Positions 1 through 9,628 of a stretch of DNA of 64,000 bases are shown piece after piece (within the stretch, counting starts at the first letter, position 1; each line of letters begins with the position of its first letter). This stretch comes from a virus. Taxonomy: Duplodnaviria; Heunggongvirae; Uroviricota; Caudoviricetes. The notes beneath the pieces were generated by a model that was not told where the DNA came from, made no database searches, and saw nothing but the letters and a program-made list of their open reading frames with translations. The stretch is taken from IMG/VR virus record IMGVR_UViG_3300029517_000186. One strand, 5' to 3'. The position numbers were made by a program, and so were the translations under genes.

Positions 1-174
1 AAATGTAAGTTTTATAATTAAACTTATAATGCTTAAAATAAAACATATAAGAATACCTGCTAAAACAATTTTAGTTATTCGTTTTTTTGACAAAGATTTA
101 TTGATATTTTCATCAGTCGCATTATCAAAATTAATATTAAAATATTCGTTATGTGTTTTTAATTTTAAATTCAT
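1..174 (-). CDS. hypothetical membrane protein, N-terminal part (ORF runs off the window start)
   Basis: ATG at 174 on the minus strand, open to position 1; hydrophobic segment LAGILICFILSIISLII; weak SD. Confidence 0.35.
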   Translation of the reverse strand, partial: MNLKLKTHNEYFNINFDNATDENINKSLSKKRITKIVLAGILICFILSIISLIIKLTF

Positions 175-290
175 AACTTATTTTTAGTAGCAGACTGTAT
201 CGTATGTATGGAAGTATTGTAAAATAAGCATTTATTACTTCTTTTACATAAAATACTGTCTACTACGTTCTCCTTTTCTAAAATTATTCT

Positions 291-863
291 TCATCCAATA
301 GCCTGTTTATCTGTTTTAGTTTTTGTTTCTTTTGAAAACTCTTTCTTTATTTCAGGTTGCAAGTATTTATCAAATATTTCAACAATTATATTTGCTCCTG
401 ACGGATAATCTTTTTCAATATAAATACTTTCCCAATCTATATCCGGGACAATACTTTTTACACTTTCATAGAAATAATGTTCATCCCATGTATCAATATC
501 TAAAATTTCATTTTTAATATCTTCCCATTCTTTTTCAGTTTTAATGCCATATTCTTCAAAGCCATTAGTTTCAATATTTTCGATTGTTCCTTTCTTGCTT
601 TTTTCAAGAAGAAATATGTTTCTGTTTGAAATCTTATTTACCAGATAATATTTATCAATCCGGCTCATAAGATGCATGAAATCTTCATGTTCATTATATC
701 CCCAGCGATATGAATAATCTCCGGCATCACTATTAATTGTGAGAATCCCTGCATCACAGTCAAATGTAAATCTAGCCCAAAAGCATAATGAATAAATTTC
801 ATCATCCTTAGAAGCCTTTAAGTTGTATGTATATATTCTTGGATTTATTTTTGTTATTTCCAT
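291..863 (-). CDS. hypothetical protein
   Basis: 190-aa ORF from the track; AGGAAA-type RBS upstream; no recognisable motif. Confidence 0.55.
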   Translation of the reverse strand: MEITKINPRIYTYNLKASKDDEIYSLCFWARFTFDCDAGILTINSDAGDYSYRWGYNEHEDFMHLMSRIDKYYLVNKISNRNIFLLEKSKKGTIENIETNGFEEYGIKTEKEWEDIKNEILDIDTWDEHYFYESVKSIVPDIDWESIYIEKDYPSGANIIVEIFDKYLQPEIKKEFSKETKTKTDKQAIG

Positions 864-1071
864 AGTTTTCCTTTCTTGCTATTAAACTGTTGTTACAAAC
901 TAATATTGATTTCTTTTTCTATTGTATTTTTAGGAACATACAGTTTAATTTCTTTAATTCCTAAAGAATTGTTCTTTATTAAATAACTTCATATCCAGAG
1001 CAGTTTTAAGCAGATGTTCAAAAACAATATAAAACTCCTTGCTATGGTCTGACCTGCCTCTGTTGCATGTA

Positions 1072-1746
1072 TCAATATGATGTAATTAAAGAACCTTCAT
1101 CTATATCAAAAGTTACTGTTTTGCCTTTCTTTAACTGGCAAAATAAATCAGCTCTGTCATCTCCAAATCCAAATGGAAGATAATCATACCTTTCTATTTC
1201 ATTCCTGATAAGAAAATCTTTATTAAGCTTAAATGATTCATTCCATATTCTTTTTACTGTTTTTGTTATCATTTTCATATCATCAACTGAAAAGATTACG
1301 CTGCCATCAAAATACTTCATCTGTTTTGTAAGGTAGTCTGTATAGCTTTCGGGAGTATCTTCAATTAATCCTTCATTTATAGCTTCTCTTACTTCATCTG
1401 CTGTTAATGGCAGGTATGTGTATCGTTTTACGGCTGTTATATGTGTTATTCCGGTTACTATTGCTATTACAATCATGCCTATAATAGCAAAAGCAATTAA
1501 CAGCACGAAAATAATGCCAAATAGCCATATAGCACCTATGATTGTTTTTATCAAAAATATTGAAAACTTACTGCTTACATCTTCTATATACGGATTTATT
1601 TCTTTTCCGTTATTTATGTATGGCAATATCAGATTGCCTATAATGGCAGATAAGGCAATATATATCATAATTGCCCCGACTAATATTACTCCTGTACACT
1701 CATTAAAAAATTCTTTCCAAAATGATTTCTTTTTCTTAAATTTCAT
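1072..1746 (-). CDS. hypothetical membrane protein
   Basis: 224 aa; AAGGAG RBS; two or three TM helices (ILVGAIMIYIALSAIIGNLIL, IIGAIWLFGIIFVLLIAFAIIGMIVIAIV). Confidence 0.6.
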   Translation of the reverse strand: MKFKKKKSFWKEFFNECTGVILVGAIMIYIALSAIIGNLILPYINNGKEINPYIEDVSSKFSIFLIKTIIGAIWLFGIIFVLLIAFAIIGMIVIAIVTGITHITAVKRYTYLPLTADEVREAINEGLIEDTPESYTDYLTKQMKYFDGSVIFSVDDMKMITKTVKRIWNESFKLNKDFLIRNEIERYDYLPFGFGDDRADLFCQLKKGKTVTFDIDEGSLITSY

Positions 1747-1749
1747 AAC

Positions 1750-2040
1750 TTATCTCCTTTTTAGTATTAATTCATATATTTTTAAATCTGTCTCTTCTGT
1801 AATAAGGAATCCATTCTTATAAGACTTCTTATACTTAAGTGACTTTAAAAATGCCATCTGCTCTTCCCTTGATAACTGCTTCTTAAAGGTAATAATCTCA
1901 TCATGGCTGCAATCAGTGCATTGCTCAATAAGACTATATAGAAATGACTTCTCTTTTACTCTGTCAATTAAATCAATAGTTGATTTAAACAGCATTATTA
2001 CCATAAAAGTTATAACAAACGAAAGTATAATAATCTTCAT
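1750..2040 (-). CDS. small membrane protein (paralogous C-terminal motif shared with 2638..3144)
   Basis: 96 aa; N-terminal TM; C-terminal motif QMAFLKSL resembles QIAFLKSV in ORF 2638..3144. Confidence 0.5.
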   Translation of the reverse strand: MKIIILSFVITFMVIMLFKSTIDLIDRVKEKSFLYSLIEQCTDCSHDEIITFKKQLSREEQMAFLKSLKYKKSYKNGFLITEETDLKIYELILKRR

Positions 2041-2171
2041 AAATAGCCCCCCATTTATTATCTTCTATCTAAATAGTGTAAAATCCACACTATTTTATAT
2101 TTAAGTAGTGTAAATGTACTAACTTAAATTAAAGAAAAATCACTATATATTGTAATTTTTTTATCATATAT

Positions 2172-2447
2172 CTAATAATCACCATGCTGTTCAATATATT
2201 TCATTAATTCGGGTGAAAATAAACACAGTCCTTTAATTCCCTGCTTATCAAGCTTCTTTTTTATCTTCTCATATTTTTGCATGTTAAGGATCTTACCATC
2301 CTTATTTACATAGAATGAATTATCAGAAGTAAAATTATTACAGTCTGATGTAAACCATTCCCCGGATTTATCCTTAAAAATATATCCCCAATATCCAGTT
2401 TGCTGTGCTATTTTTCTTGCTTCTTTTCTAGCTTCTTTAAATGTCAT
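2172..2447 (-). CDS. hypothetical protein
   Basis: 91 aa; start overlaps the stop of the upstream small ORF (TAATG). Confidence 0.5.
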   Translation of the reverse strand: MTFKEARKEARKIAQQTGYWGYIFKDKSGEWFTSDCNNFTSDNSFYVNKDGKILNMQKYEKIKKKLDKQGIKGLCLFSPELMKYIEQHGDY

Positions 2448-2620
2448 TATTTTTCTCCTAAAAAAGACATGTCCAAATTCTTTATATCAGCTTCATACCC
2501 ATTAGGAATATTCCTTAAGGTTATATTGCTTTTAATCTTAGATAATATTTCCTGCTGCCTTTCGTCTGGGTGCTGCATTGATTCAAAAAAATCAACAGCA
2601 TCATTTCCTGTAAGCGTCAT
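2447..2620 (-). CDS. small hypothetical protein (57 aa), translationally coupled to the downstream gene
   Basis: ATG at 2620 preceded by a GGAG RBS; stop TAA overlaps the ATG of 2172..2447; below the length cut-off of the ORF track. Confidence 0.4.
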   Translation of the reverse strand: MTLTGNDAVDFFESMQHPDERQQEILSKIKSNITLRNIPNGYEADIKNLDMSFLGEK

Positions 2621-2637
2621 AATAAATGCTCCATACT

Positions 2638-3144
2638 TTATTTTTTTCTAAGAATTGGTTCATACTCTGCTAATTCTTCATCATTTTCAATTAAAGGTAC
2701 TTGCTGTATTACTGTTTTGGTTGTAATAACCTTATTACCGTTCTCATCAGTGGACTCTTCCTTTTCTGCTGATTTTACAGTTGTAATAACAGACTTTAGA
2801 AAAGCAATCTGTTTATTACGGCTCATATGTCTGAATTTCTTTAAATCATCCTGTGATATATCATAAAGCAAACAATCATAAAGAATTTCTTTTTTATGTT
2901 CTTTCTCAAAAAATTTTGTAAAAGCTATCCATATAAGAGCCGTTACACTAATTAATAAAACTATCACAGTAGCTATAGAATTTTTAAAACTTACATTAAC
3001 AATTCCCGGGAATACTCCTATAAATAAGCTCATATATGCCTTATCAATAAGAGTTATATCGTATTTGATTGCAGTCACAAAATAAAAACTAAACATAATC
3101 AATGAAACAACAAAGACTACATTTATTAATATAGTTATAATCAT
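2638..3144 (-). CDS. hypothetical membrane protein
   Basis: 168 aa; three TM segments at the C-terminus; AFLKS motif. Confidence 0.55.
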   Translation of the reverse strand: MIITILINVVFVVSLIMFSFYFVTAIKYDITLIDKAYMSLFIGVFPGIVNVSFKNSIATVIVLLISVTALIWIAFTKFFEKEHKKEILYDCLLYDISQDDLKKFRHMSRNKQIAFLKSVITTVKSAEKEESTDENGNKVITTKTVIQQVPLIENDEELAEYEPILRKK

Positions 3145-3183
3145 TTTTCTCTTTCCTTTCTGTTTTAAATTATATTGTATTAT

Positions 3184-4119
3184 TTATTCTATTTTATTTA
3201 ATTCACCTGATTCTTTGTTAAATATAAATATATCTGAACTCAGATAATCTTCTTCTTCCTGAATACCAAATATCTTTAATGCCATTTGAATTTCTTCAGG
3301 AGTAAATTCACTGTATTTACATATCAACAGAATATGTGCTGTAACAGGAATAATGTATAAATTTGTTTTCAGTTTCTCTGAAATATTCTTAAGCAAATTA
3401 TTGTTCAGAATAGCACTTGTATTATAAAAGTCGATTACATTTTGAATTGCATATATTCCTTTAATACATTTGCTCTCAAACCCACCAGAATTACTTAGAA
3501 AAGATAATTCTTTCTTTGTCTTTTCATAATTATCATCATCTGCCAGTTGCGTCAAAAAATAATCACCTAATACACTGATAAAATATTTGTTGGAATATAT
3601 TGAATGAATTGCAAGATTGTACAATTCGTTTTCATTAATTTTCAGTATGTCCCTCATATAGTTATTATCAATTACAAACATTGTACCTTCTGAATTTTCT
3701 TTAGGTATGATCACATTATAAATTATTTCGAACTCATAAAATGGCTTATGAGGAATGCCGCTTAAATCTTCCATATTGTCCGGCTTTTGTATTAATTGAG
3801 GCATAATATAGTGTTTTATATCATTTGAATTAATTTCTGGAGCTAAATTATTAAGTTTATATTCACTACCATTAGAATTTTTGTTTCTATAAAATGCTTC
3901 AGATATTGACAATGCAATTTCTTCTATTGACGAATTATTTAAATATTGTTTATATAATTGATTTAATTTAAATTCTAAGGGACGCATAAACTGATTTTTA
4001 GAATGAAAAATAAGCTTATCTGATGTGTAAACTATATCTGTTGGTGTAATATCTTCAATATTTTGAAGTAATTCGAATTTAAGATGTTTAAGAAAATCTT
4101 CGTAATTCATTTTTTGCAT
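3184..4119 (-). CDS. hypothetical protein
   Basis: 311 aa; AAGGAGAA RBS; class II promoter at 4156. Confidence 0.6.
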   Translation of the reverse strand: MQKMNYEDFLKHLKFELLQNIEDITPTDIVYTSDKLIFHSKNQFMRPLEFKLNQLYKQYLNNSSIEEIALSISEAFYRNKNSNGSEYKLNNLAPEINSNDIKHYIMPQLIQKPDNMEDLSGIPHKPFYEFEIIYNVIIPKENSEGTMFVIDNNYMRDILKINENELYNLAIHSIYSNKYFISVLGDYFLTQLADDDNYEKTKKELSFLSNSGGFESKCIKGIYAIQNVIDFYNTSAILNNNLLKNISEKLKTNLYIIPVTAHILLICKYSEFTPEEIQMALKIFGIQEEEDYLSSDIFIFNKESGELNKIE

Positions 4120-4155
4120 ATAATTAGTTCTCCTTTTATTTAGTTATATTTTTAA

Positions 4156-4168
4156 TATGACAGAAAAA
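4156..4168 (-). promoter_or_regulatory. conserved promoter motif (class II: TTATGTAAA-N17-CTGTCATAT) for gene 3184..4119
   Basis: Plus strand reads TATGACAGAAAAA; TTTTACATAAAA box lies 17 nt away. Confidence 0.55.
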
Positions 4169-4317
4169 ATGAATTATTATTTTACATAAAATAATTGATG
4201 TGTATCAAAATAAGTCAGTAACTAAATGTAAATGCCTTTTATTTATTAAAATATCCCGTTTTTGTGTTCTTCTAAGCACTTTATTGGGTATACTATGCCT
4301 TTACTTGGGAAAAATAA

Positions 4318-4571
4318 TAACAATATATTGTACGTTTATTGTTGTATATTAGTTTAATATGTTAACTTTATTAACAATATATAGTTATTTAAGATTTATT
4401 AAAATATAGCTAAGATACAAAAATAATAACAATATATAGATATAAAATATGATTTAATATACATTAAAACTAACAACATTATGTTATAGAATAGAAAAAT
4501 TTGTGCAATAAAATTAACAATATATAGCTAAATATTTAATACATAAATGTAATAATGATAACAATATGTAG
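4318..4571. repeat. iteron-like array: five copies of TAACAATATATAG at 4318, 4372, 4427, 4515 and 4559
   Basis: 13-bp direct repeats spaced 54, 55, 88 and 44 bp (near multiples of 11) inside a 1.3 kb AT-rich non-coding region. Confidence 0.6.
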
Positions 4572-5504
4572 TAATGTATTATCCGTTGCATAGCCAATAA
4601 AATGCCTTATATGTGTCAGAATAATACCATGATGTAGTTATTATATGCTGATTTAAGAGATAAAAAATGTTAATTTGATAACATGTAATTGGTAATATTA
4701 GCAATTATATATGGATTAATTGGGTACAATAAACTGTATAATTAGTGAGAAAAATAAATATAACTGATTAATGGGATATAATTATTATTTACTAAAGTTA
4801 ATTAATGGAATTACTGGGAACATATATAGAAATGATAGAGTAAAGGAAATAGATCTAAGAGCAAATAAGAAAGAATTAGTGTATATGAATGCATCTATTG
4901 AGACAGAAATGGGATTATTGGGCTTACTAAGGCATTTGCAGGGCGAAGAATAGATTTACAGGAATCTAGTAATCATAATTTTTGTAAATATCATATATTA
5001 TATATAAGAAAATTATATGATTTATTGGTATATTAAAGGCATTAATTGGGATAAATGAAGTGCTTGCCAGAGACAGATAAGGAATTGCCAGGGAAATAAA
5101 CACAAAATGTATTAAGCTGATAAATGATATTGTATAAGGATATAACAATAATAGTTATACGCTTTTAATCCTTAATAATATTCTGGCGGTTATTATATTA
5201 AGTCTTAAAACGCTATTAAGGAATAATCAAATGTATTATATAAGGCTCTAATTTTTATATTTTAATAATAAAAAGCGTATCAATGAAAAAGAAAATAATA
5301 GAAGGGCTTTGAAGAAGGTGTATGACATATTACACTTAAAAGAAGTGTAATCATAAAAAATACAGCTACCTATTGATCAATGTCATTAAGTTAAGCTTTT
5401 GAGTATAAAAAAATAAAAACAGTCACTAATCTTGTAAAGAAAATGATATGATACCTCTTAAGTAGACATGGTAAATAACCAAAATCTATTTAAGGGGTAT
5501 TTTT

Positions 5505-6188
5505 ATGTCCAGAAAATCTAAGTATTCTATAGAACAGCGAGTACAAGCATGTGAAGACTATCACAATGGAACTCGTAGTTTAGAAGAAATATGTATAGCT
5601 CTCGGAACTACCAGAAAGAAAACTATCCGTGAGTGGTTAAAAAAATATGAGAAGTACGGAGTATCTGCTTTTCAGGAAAAGTCATATAACAAAAGTTATA
5701 CAAAAGAATTTAAAATTCAAGTAGTGGAAGAATATATAAGTGGTTATGGTTCACTAGAGGAACTGATTGTAAAATATGATATTTCTTCTACAACCCAACT
5801 ACGAAAATGGATTTCAGTGTATAATGCCAATAGAGAACTTAGGGACTATTGTCCAAAACCGGAGGTCTATATGGCAGAAGCAAGAAGAAAAACAAGCATT
5901 GAAGAACGCAAAGAAATCGTAAAGTATTGTATCGGACATAATCGTAATTATAAAGAAACTGCAAGTGCTTATGATGTCTCATACAATCAAGTCTATTCTT
6001 GGGTAAAAAAGTATGATGCACTAGGTGAAGAAGGATTAACAGATAAGCGTGGATGTCATAAAACGGATGAAGAGGTAGACGAATTGGAACGTCTTCGTCG
6101 GGAAAATGTACGTTTAAAGAAGCAACTCAAAGAAAAGGATATGTTAACGGAACTGTTAAAAAAAGTACAGGAATTCGAAAGGATGTGA
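5505..6188 (+). CDS. IS3-family transposase OrfA (HTH plus leucine zipper)
   Basis: 227 aa; two HTH regions; C-terminal LERLRRENVRLKKQLKEK zipper; AAGGGG RBS. Confidence 0.85.
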   Translation: MSRKSKYSIEQRVQACEDYHNGTRSLEEICIALGTTRKKTIREWLKKYEKYGVSAFQEKSYNKSYTKEFKIQVVEEYISGYGSLEELIVKYDISSTTQLRKWISVYNANRELRDYCPKPEVYMAEARRKTSIEERKEIVKYCIGHNRNYKETASAYDVSYNQVYSWVKKYDALGEEGLTDKRGCHKTDEEVDELERLRRENVRLKKQLKEKDMLTELLKKVQEFERM

Positions 6189-7150
6189 GGCTCGGAAAAC
6201 TTCGCTATAATTCGGAATTTATAGCAATAAAGTTTTTCTATGAAACAAAGAACTGGAGTATTAATTGGATGTGTAAACAGCTCGAAATATCAAGAGCTGC
6301 CTATTATAAGTGGTTGAATCGTGAGATACCTGAACAGGAAGCAGAAAATATGAAGTTGGCAGAACTTATAAAGGAGTACGATGAGCGCTTTAATCACATC
6401 CTGGGTTATAGAAGAATGACCTCTTGGATTAATCACTTTAACCATACTGATTATAAACCGAAGAGAGTACATCGAATTATGAAGAAGTTGGGTATTCATT
6501 CAGTCATTAGACGAAAGCAGAAAAAATATACTTCTTCGACACCGGAAGCAGTAGCTGAAAATAGATTAGGCAGAGACTTTTATGCAACTGCACCAAATGA
6601 GAAGTGGACAACTGATGTAACAGAGTTTAAGATTCCAGGTGAGAAAAAGAAACTTTATTTAAGTGCCATTCTTGACTTATATGATAGATACCCTGTTGCG
6701 TATGTTATCAGCACGAGAAATAATAATGAGCTCGTATTTAAAACCTTTGATAAAGCTATTGCCGCAAATCCTGAAGCTAAACCATTATTTCATAGTGATA
6801 GAGGTTTTCAGTATACAAGTAAGGTATTTCAAATGAAACTTAAGGAACATAAGATAGAACAATCTATGTCCAGAGTTGGACATTGTATAGATAATGGACC
6901 TACTGAAGGATTCTGGGGTATCATAAAATCAGAAATGTATCAGATGTACGATATAACAGATGAATCTTCATTAAGATTTGCAATAAAAGATTATATTAGA
7001 TTCTACAGTGAAGAACGACCACAAGACAGGTATCATTGCAAAACGCCACTAGATGTAAGAGCTGAAGCATTATCTACAGCAACACCACAACAGTATCTTA
7101 TTCCTAAAAATAAACGAATTGAAAAATATAAAGAGAAATGGTGTGCATAG
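6185..7150 (+). CDS. IS3-family transposase OrfB (DDE integrase core), made as an OrfAB fusion by -1 frameshift
   Basis: rve-type motifs WTTDVTEF, HSDRGFQYTS, CIDNGPTEGFWGIIKSE; overlaps orfA in the -1 frame. Confidence 0.85.
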   Translation: MRLGKLRYNSEFIAIKFFYETKNWSINWMCKQLEISRAAYYKWLNREIPEQEAENMKLAELIKEYDERFNHILGYRRMTSWINHFNHTDYKPKRVHRIMKKLGIHSVIRRKQKKYTSSTPEAVAENRLGRDFYATAPNEKWTTDVTEFKIPGEKKKLYLSAILDLYDRYPVAYVISTRNNNELVFKTFDKAIAANPEAKPLFHSDRGFQYTSKVFQMKLKEHKIEQSMSRVGHCIDNGPTEGFWGIIKSEMYQMYDITDESSLRFAIKDYIRFYSEERPQDRYHCKTPLDVRAEALSTATPQQYLIPKNKRIEKYKEKWCA

Positions 7151-7404
7151 AAAAACGACCGTACACTTTATACGGTCGTTTAGCAACACTTCATTTTAGA
7201 TATTTAACCTGTCTACTTGACAGGGGGCATATCAAAAGTGGCTGTTTTTTTTATTATAAATTCTTACAATTTATCCCTATACACATAGGTATAAATATGA
7301 TATACTTTCAGCAACATTTCTATAAACTAAATATGTCACTTCTCCGGGCATGTTATCATACTTTTTCATTCATACGATAACATCAATGAAGGGAGTGTAC
7401 GCCT

Positions 7405-7584
7405 ATGAATAGACTAAAGATGGGAGCCGGTTTGAATGTTCAAATTGGAAAAGCTTCTATCCGTTATAAGCAAGGTACTTTGCGTAATAAGTCACGCATT
7501 AAGTATAATTATGACGGTTATGAACTTTTTTGCATAATGCTAAAGAGCATTAAAAAAGCAACCTCTTTATGCTTGCCGGCGTAA
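7405..7584 (+). CDS. small hypothetical protein (59 aa) in a GC-richer insert
   Basis: AAGGGAG RBS; ATG at 7405; followed by the GCAACC...GGTTGC-TTTTT terminator at 7585..7600. Confidence 0.3.
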   Translation: MNRLKMGAGLNVQIGKASIRYKQGTLRNKSRIKYNYDGYELFCIMLKSIKKATSLCLPA

Positions 7585-7754
7585 GGTTGCTTTTTAAGTA
7601 ACTGAAAAATATAAGTGACATATCAGTTTATAGATATGTCTTTTTCTTGACATAAGTTTAAAGAAATCAAACATAAATGTCAAGAGTGTTTTTGATAATA
7701 AACGTGAATTTATTATATAATAAATTCTCCTTTAATATTAAAACTTAATATATA

Positions 7755-7767
7755 TATGACAGAAAAA
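7755..7767 (-). promoter_or_regulatory. orphan copy of the conserved promoter motif with no ORF downstream
   Basis: TATGACAGAAAAA; in the minus orientation it is followed by an AAAGGAGAA RBS but no start codon or ORF of 20 aa or more. Confidence 0.4.
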
Positions 7768-7788
7768 TAAAAATATACATAATAATTA

Positions 7789-7830
7789 AAAAACTGGTAC
7801 TAATTTATAAAAGAAAAGTACCAGTTTTTG
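7789..7830. terminator. bidirectional intrinsic terminator
   Basis: ACTGGTAC ... GTACCAGT stem flanked by an A-run and a T-run. Confidence 0.6.
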
Positions 7831-7870
7831 TATTTTAGGTGGCAATATTATATTTGAGTGAATTTCGTAA

Positions 7871-8356
7871 TTATTTCTGGTCTAATCCTTGCACCTTTCG
7901 TATTAAGATATATAGGACTTCTAAGTCGTCATCGCATTCTGCTAATGGATGAAAATAATCTCCTGTTAGTTTCATGTAATTTCTGCAATAAAAAGCCTTA
8001 GCACTTGGTAGTGTATGTAAATAAATAGCTTTTATTCCCATTGTATTTCTAGCCATTTTATCAATTATACCTATTATTTCAAAAATCTATGCAGCGATTG
8101 GTTTGTTTTCATTACCTTCTTTATAAAACACATTTTGATATTTTACATCGACACCAAACATGGTTATTTTAATTGCAGAAATTCCACATAATATATCATC
8201 TGTGTAGTCATTTCTTTCATCATCCACATCTCTGAAATAATAAGGTAATGAAGAAGCCGCTAAAGAAAAGTATGCTACAATTTCTTTCCCTTTAGTATTA
8301 TCAGTGTGTGTAACTAAATATGTTACAGCATCTCCTGTTTCCATATCCGAAAACAC
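7871..8356 (-). pseudogene. GNAT-like acetyltransferase fold (tentative) interrupted by an in-frame amber codon at 8087..8089
   Basis: ORFs 8087..8356 and 7871..8056 are in the same frame, separated only by TAG plus 10 sense codons; read through it gives a 161-aa protein; carries neither the element promoter motif nor a strong SD. Confidence 0.45.
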
Positions 8357-8587
8357 TTCATCTGAATTCAGGTTGATTATAGAAAGTCAGCCTTATTTCT
8401 ATGCAAATTTTTAGAATAAAAGAAAATACCTACCGCAGAATATCATCCACGATAGGTATTTTTGTTTTTACGACATCTTAACTAAATAGAGATTTAGTCG
8501 GCACTAATATCATTTTACATGTCAAGACTTGTGTGTGGTCTTAACTAAATGACATTGACCTATTGATAACTGCATTTTATTTATATA

Positions 8588-9616
8588 TTACATAAAAGAT
8601 TGTATATTATATCCTTTTCGTCTGAAACGAACTCTAATCTTTTTTATTGCTTTTGATTCAATCTGTCTGATTCGTTCTCTGGAAACATTCCATTCAGTAC
8701 CTATATCTTTTAAAGTTTTAACCTTTGAACCATATCCCATTCTACTCTTAATTACATATAATTCTCTAGGAGTGAGACAATCTTCAACTTCTTTCCAAAG
8801 CAGTTCATTCATTTCTTTTTGAATAATCGTATCTTCAACTTTAGGTTCAGGCACTTCTATATAATCAGCCAAACACGAATCGTCATGGCCTTCATCACTT
8901 TGAATAGGTGCATCTAACGAAACCAATTCATTAAAGCTCTGAATATGTACAAGCATTTCTTTAGTTAAAAGAGGATATCTTTGTTTTACTACATCATATA
9001 ATTCATCAATTGTAGGTTTTCTTTGAAGTTTATTAGTTAAATCCACAAATGTAGTCTTAACAAAAGAATCCTGTTCTCTTACATGTACAGGGAATCTAAC
9101 TAATAAATCATAATTGGCTAATTCTCTATATATACTCTGTCTAATCCAATGAGTTGCATAAGTTGAAAACGCATATCCTAATTTATAATCAAACATTTGT
9201 ATAGCTTTGTATAATCCGAAAATACCGGCCTGACATAAATCATCCATTTCAAAACTTTGCGTTTTAGCTGTAACAGCTTTAGCAATACTGATAACTAAAC
9301 GCATATTAGATAAAATCAATTTTTCTGTTATTTCCTTTTTCTTTTTAGGATGTTTTTTTATCTCTTCAAATAATTTAAGAGTTTCATCTTTGGATAAAAC
9401 CGGATAATCAGCAAATGATTTAATATAATAAGTTATATTATTTTCTAATAATAGTTTCTGTTTTTCATTTGAAATCTCTTTATCATTTAAAATATCGGTA
9501 TAATTATCCTCTGATAAAATATTTATGTTTTCTATTGGTTTATTTGTATCAAATAATTCATCAACATATTCATCTTTATTGTTTTTTTTATTTAATAATA
9601 AATTCTTATCTGCCAT
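8588..9616 (-). CDS. RNA polymerase sigma factor, sigma-70 family
   Basis: Region 2 motifs LVISIAK and YATHWIRQSI; region 4 HTH TLKDIGTEWNVSRERIRQIESKAIKKIR; AGAGGAG RBS. Confidence 0.9.
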   Translation of the reverse strand: MADKNLLLNKKNNKDEYVDELFDTNKPIENINILSEDNYTDILNDKEISNEKQKLLLENNITYYIKSFADYPVLSKDETLKLFEEIKKHPKKKKEITEKLILSNMRLVISIAKAVTAKTQSFEMDDLCQAGIFGLYKAIQMFDYKLGYAFSTYATHWIRQSIYRELANYDLLVRFPVHVREQDSFVKTTFVDLTNKLQRKPTIDELYDVVKQRYPLLTKEMLVHIQSFNELVSLDAPIQSDEGHDDSCLADYIEVPEPKVEDTIIQKEMNELLWKEVEDCLTPRELYVIKSRMGYGSKVKTLKDIGTEWNVSRERIRQIESKAIKKIRVRFRRKGYNIQSFM

Positions 9617-9628
9617 AAAAATCTCCTC

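Larger units (their letters stand above)
5444..7234 (+). mobile_element. IS3-family (IS150-group) insertion sequence
   Basis: Imperfect roughly 40-bp terminal inverted repeats beginning TGATATG (5444) and ending CATATCA (7234); flanked by AAA/AAA 3-bp direct repeats; orfA/orfB with A_AAA_AAG slippery site near 6162. Confidence 0.75.

Noticed and set aside
323-517. Numerous 60 to 140-aa plus-strand ORFs in the track (for example 323..517, 1418..1822, 1916..2104, 2400..2651, 6290..6499-, 11992..12219, 13294..13751, 14498..14728, 20277..20690, 21882..22268, 31126..31764, 32023..32259, 43232..43558, 57260..57514, 60604..60909, 61641..61853, 61893..62114, 63496..63823-)
   Set aside because: Each lies antisense or out of frame inside a well-supported gene, lacks an RBS and promoter motif, and is a low-complexity translation of AT-rich DNA
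4771-4953. 60-aa plus-strand ORF in the iteron region
   Set aside because: No RBS, sits among the repeats, composition like the surrounding non-coding DNA
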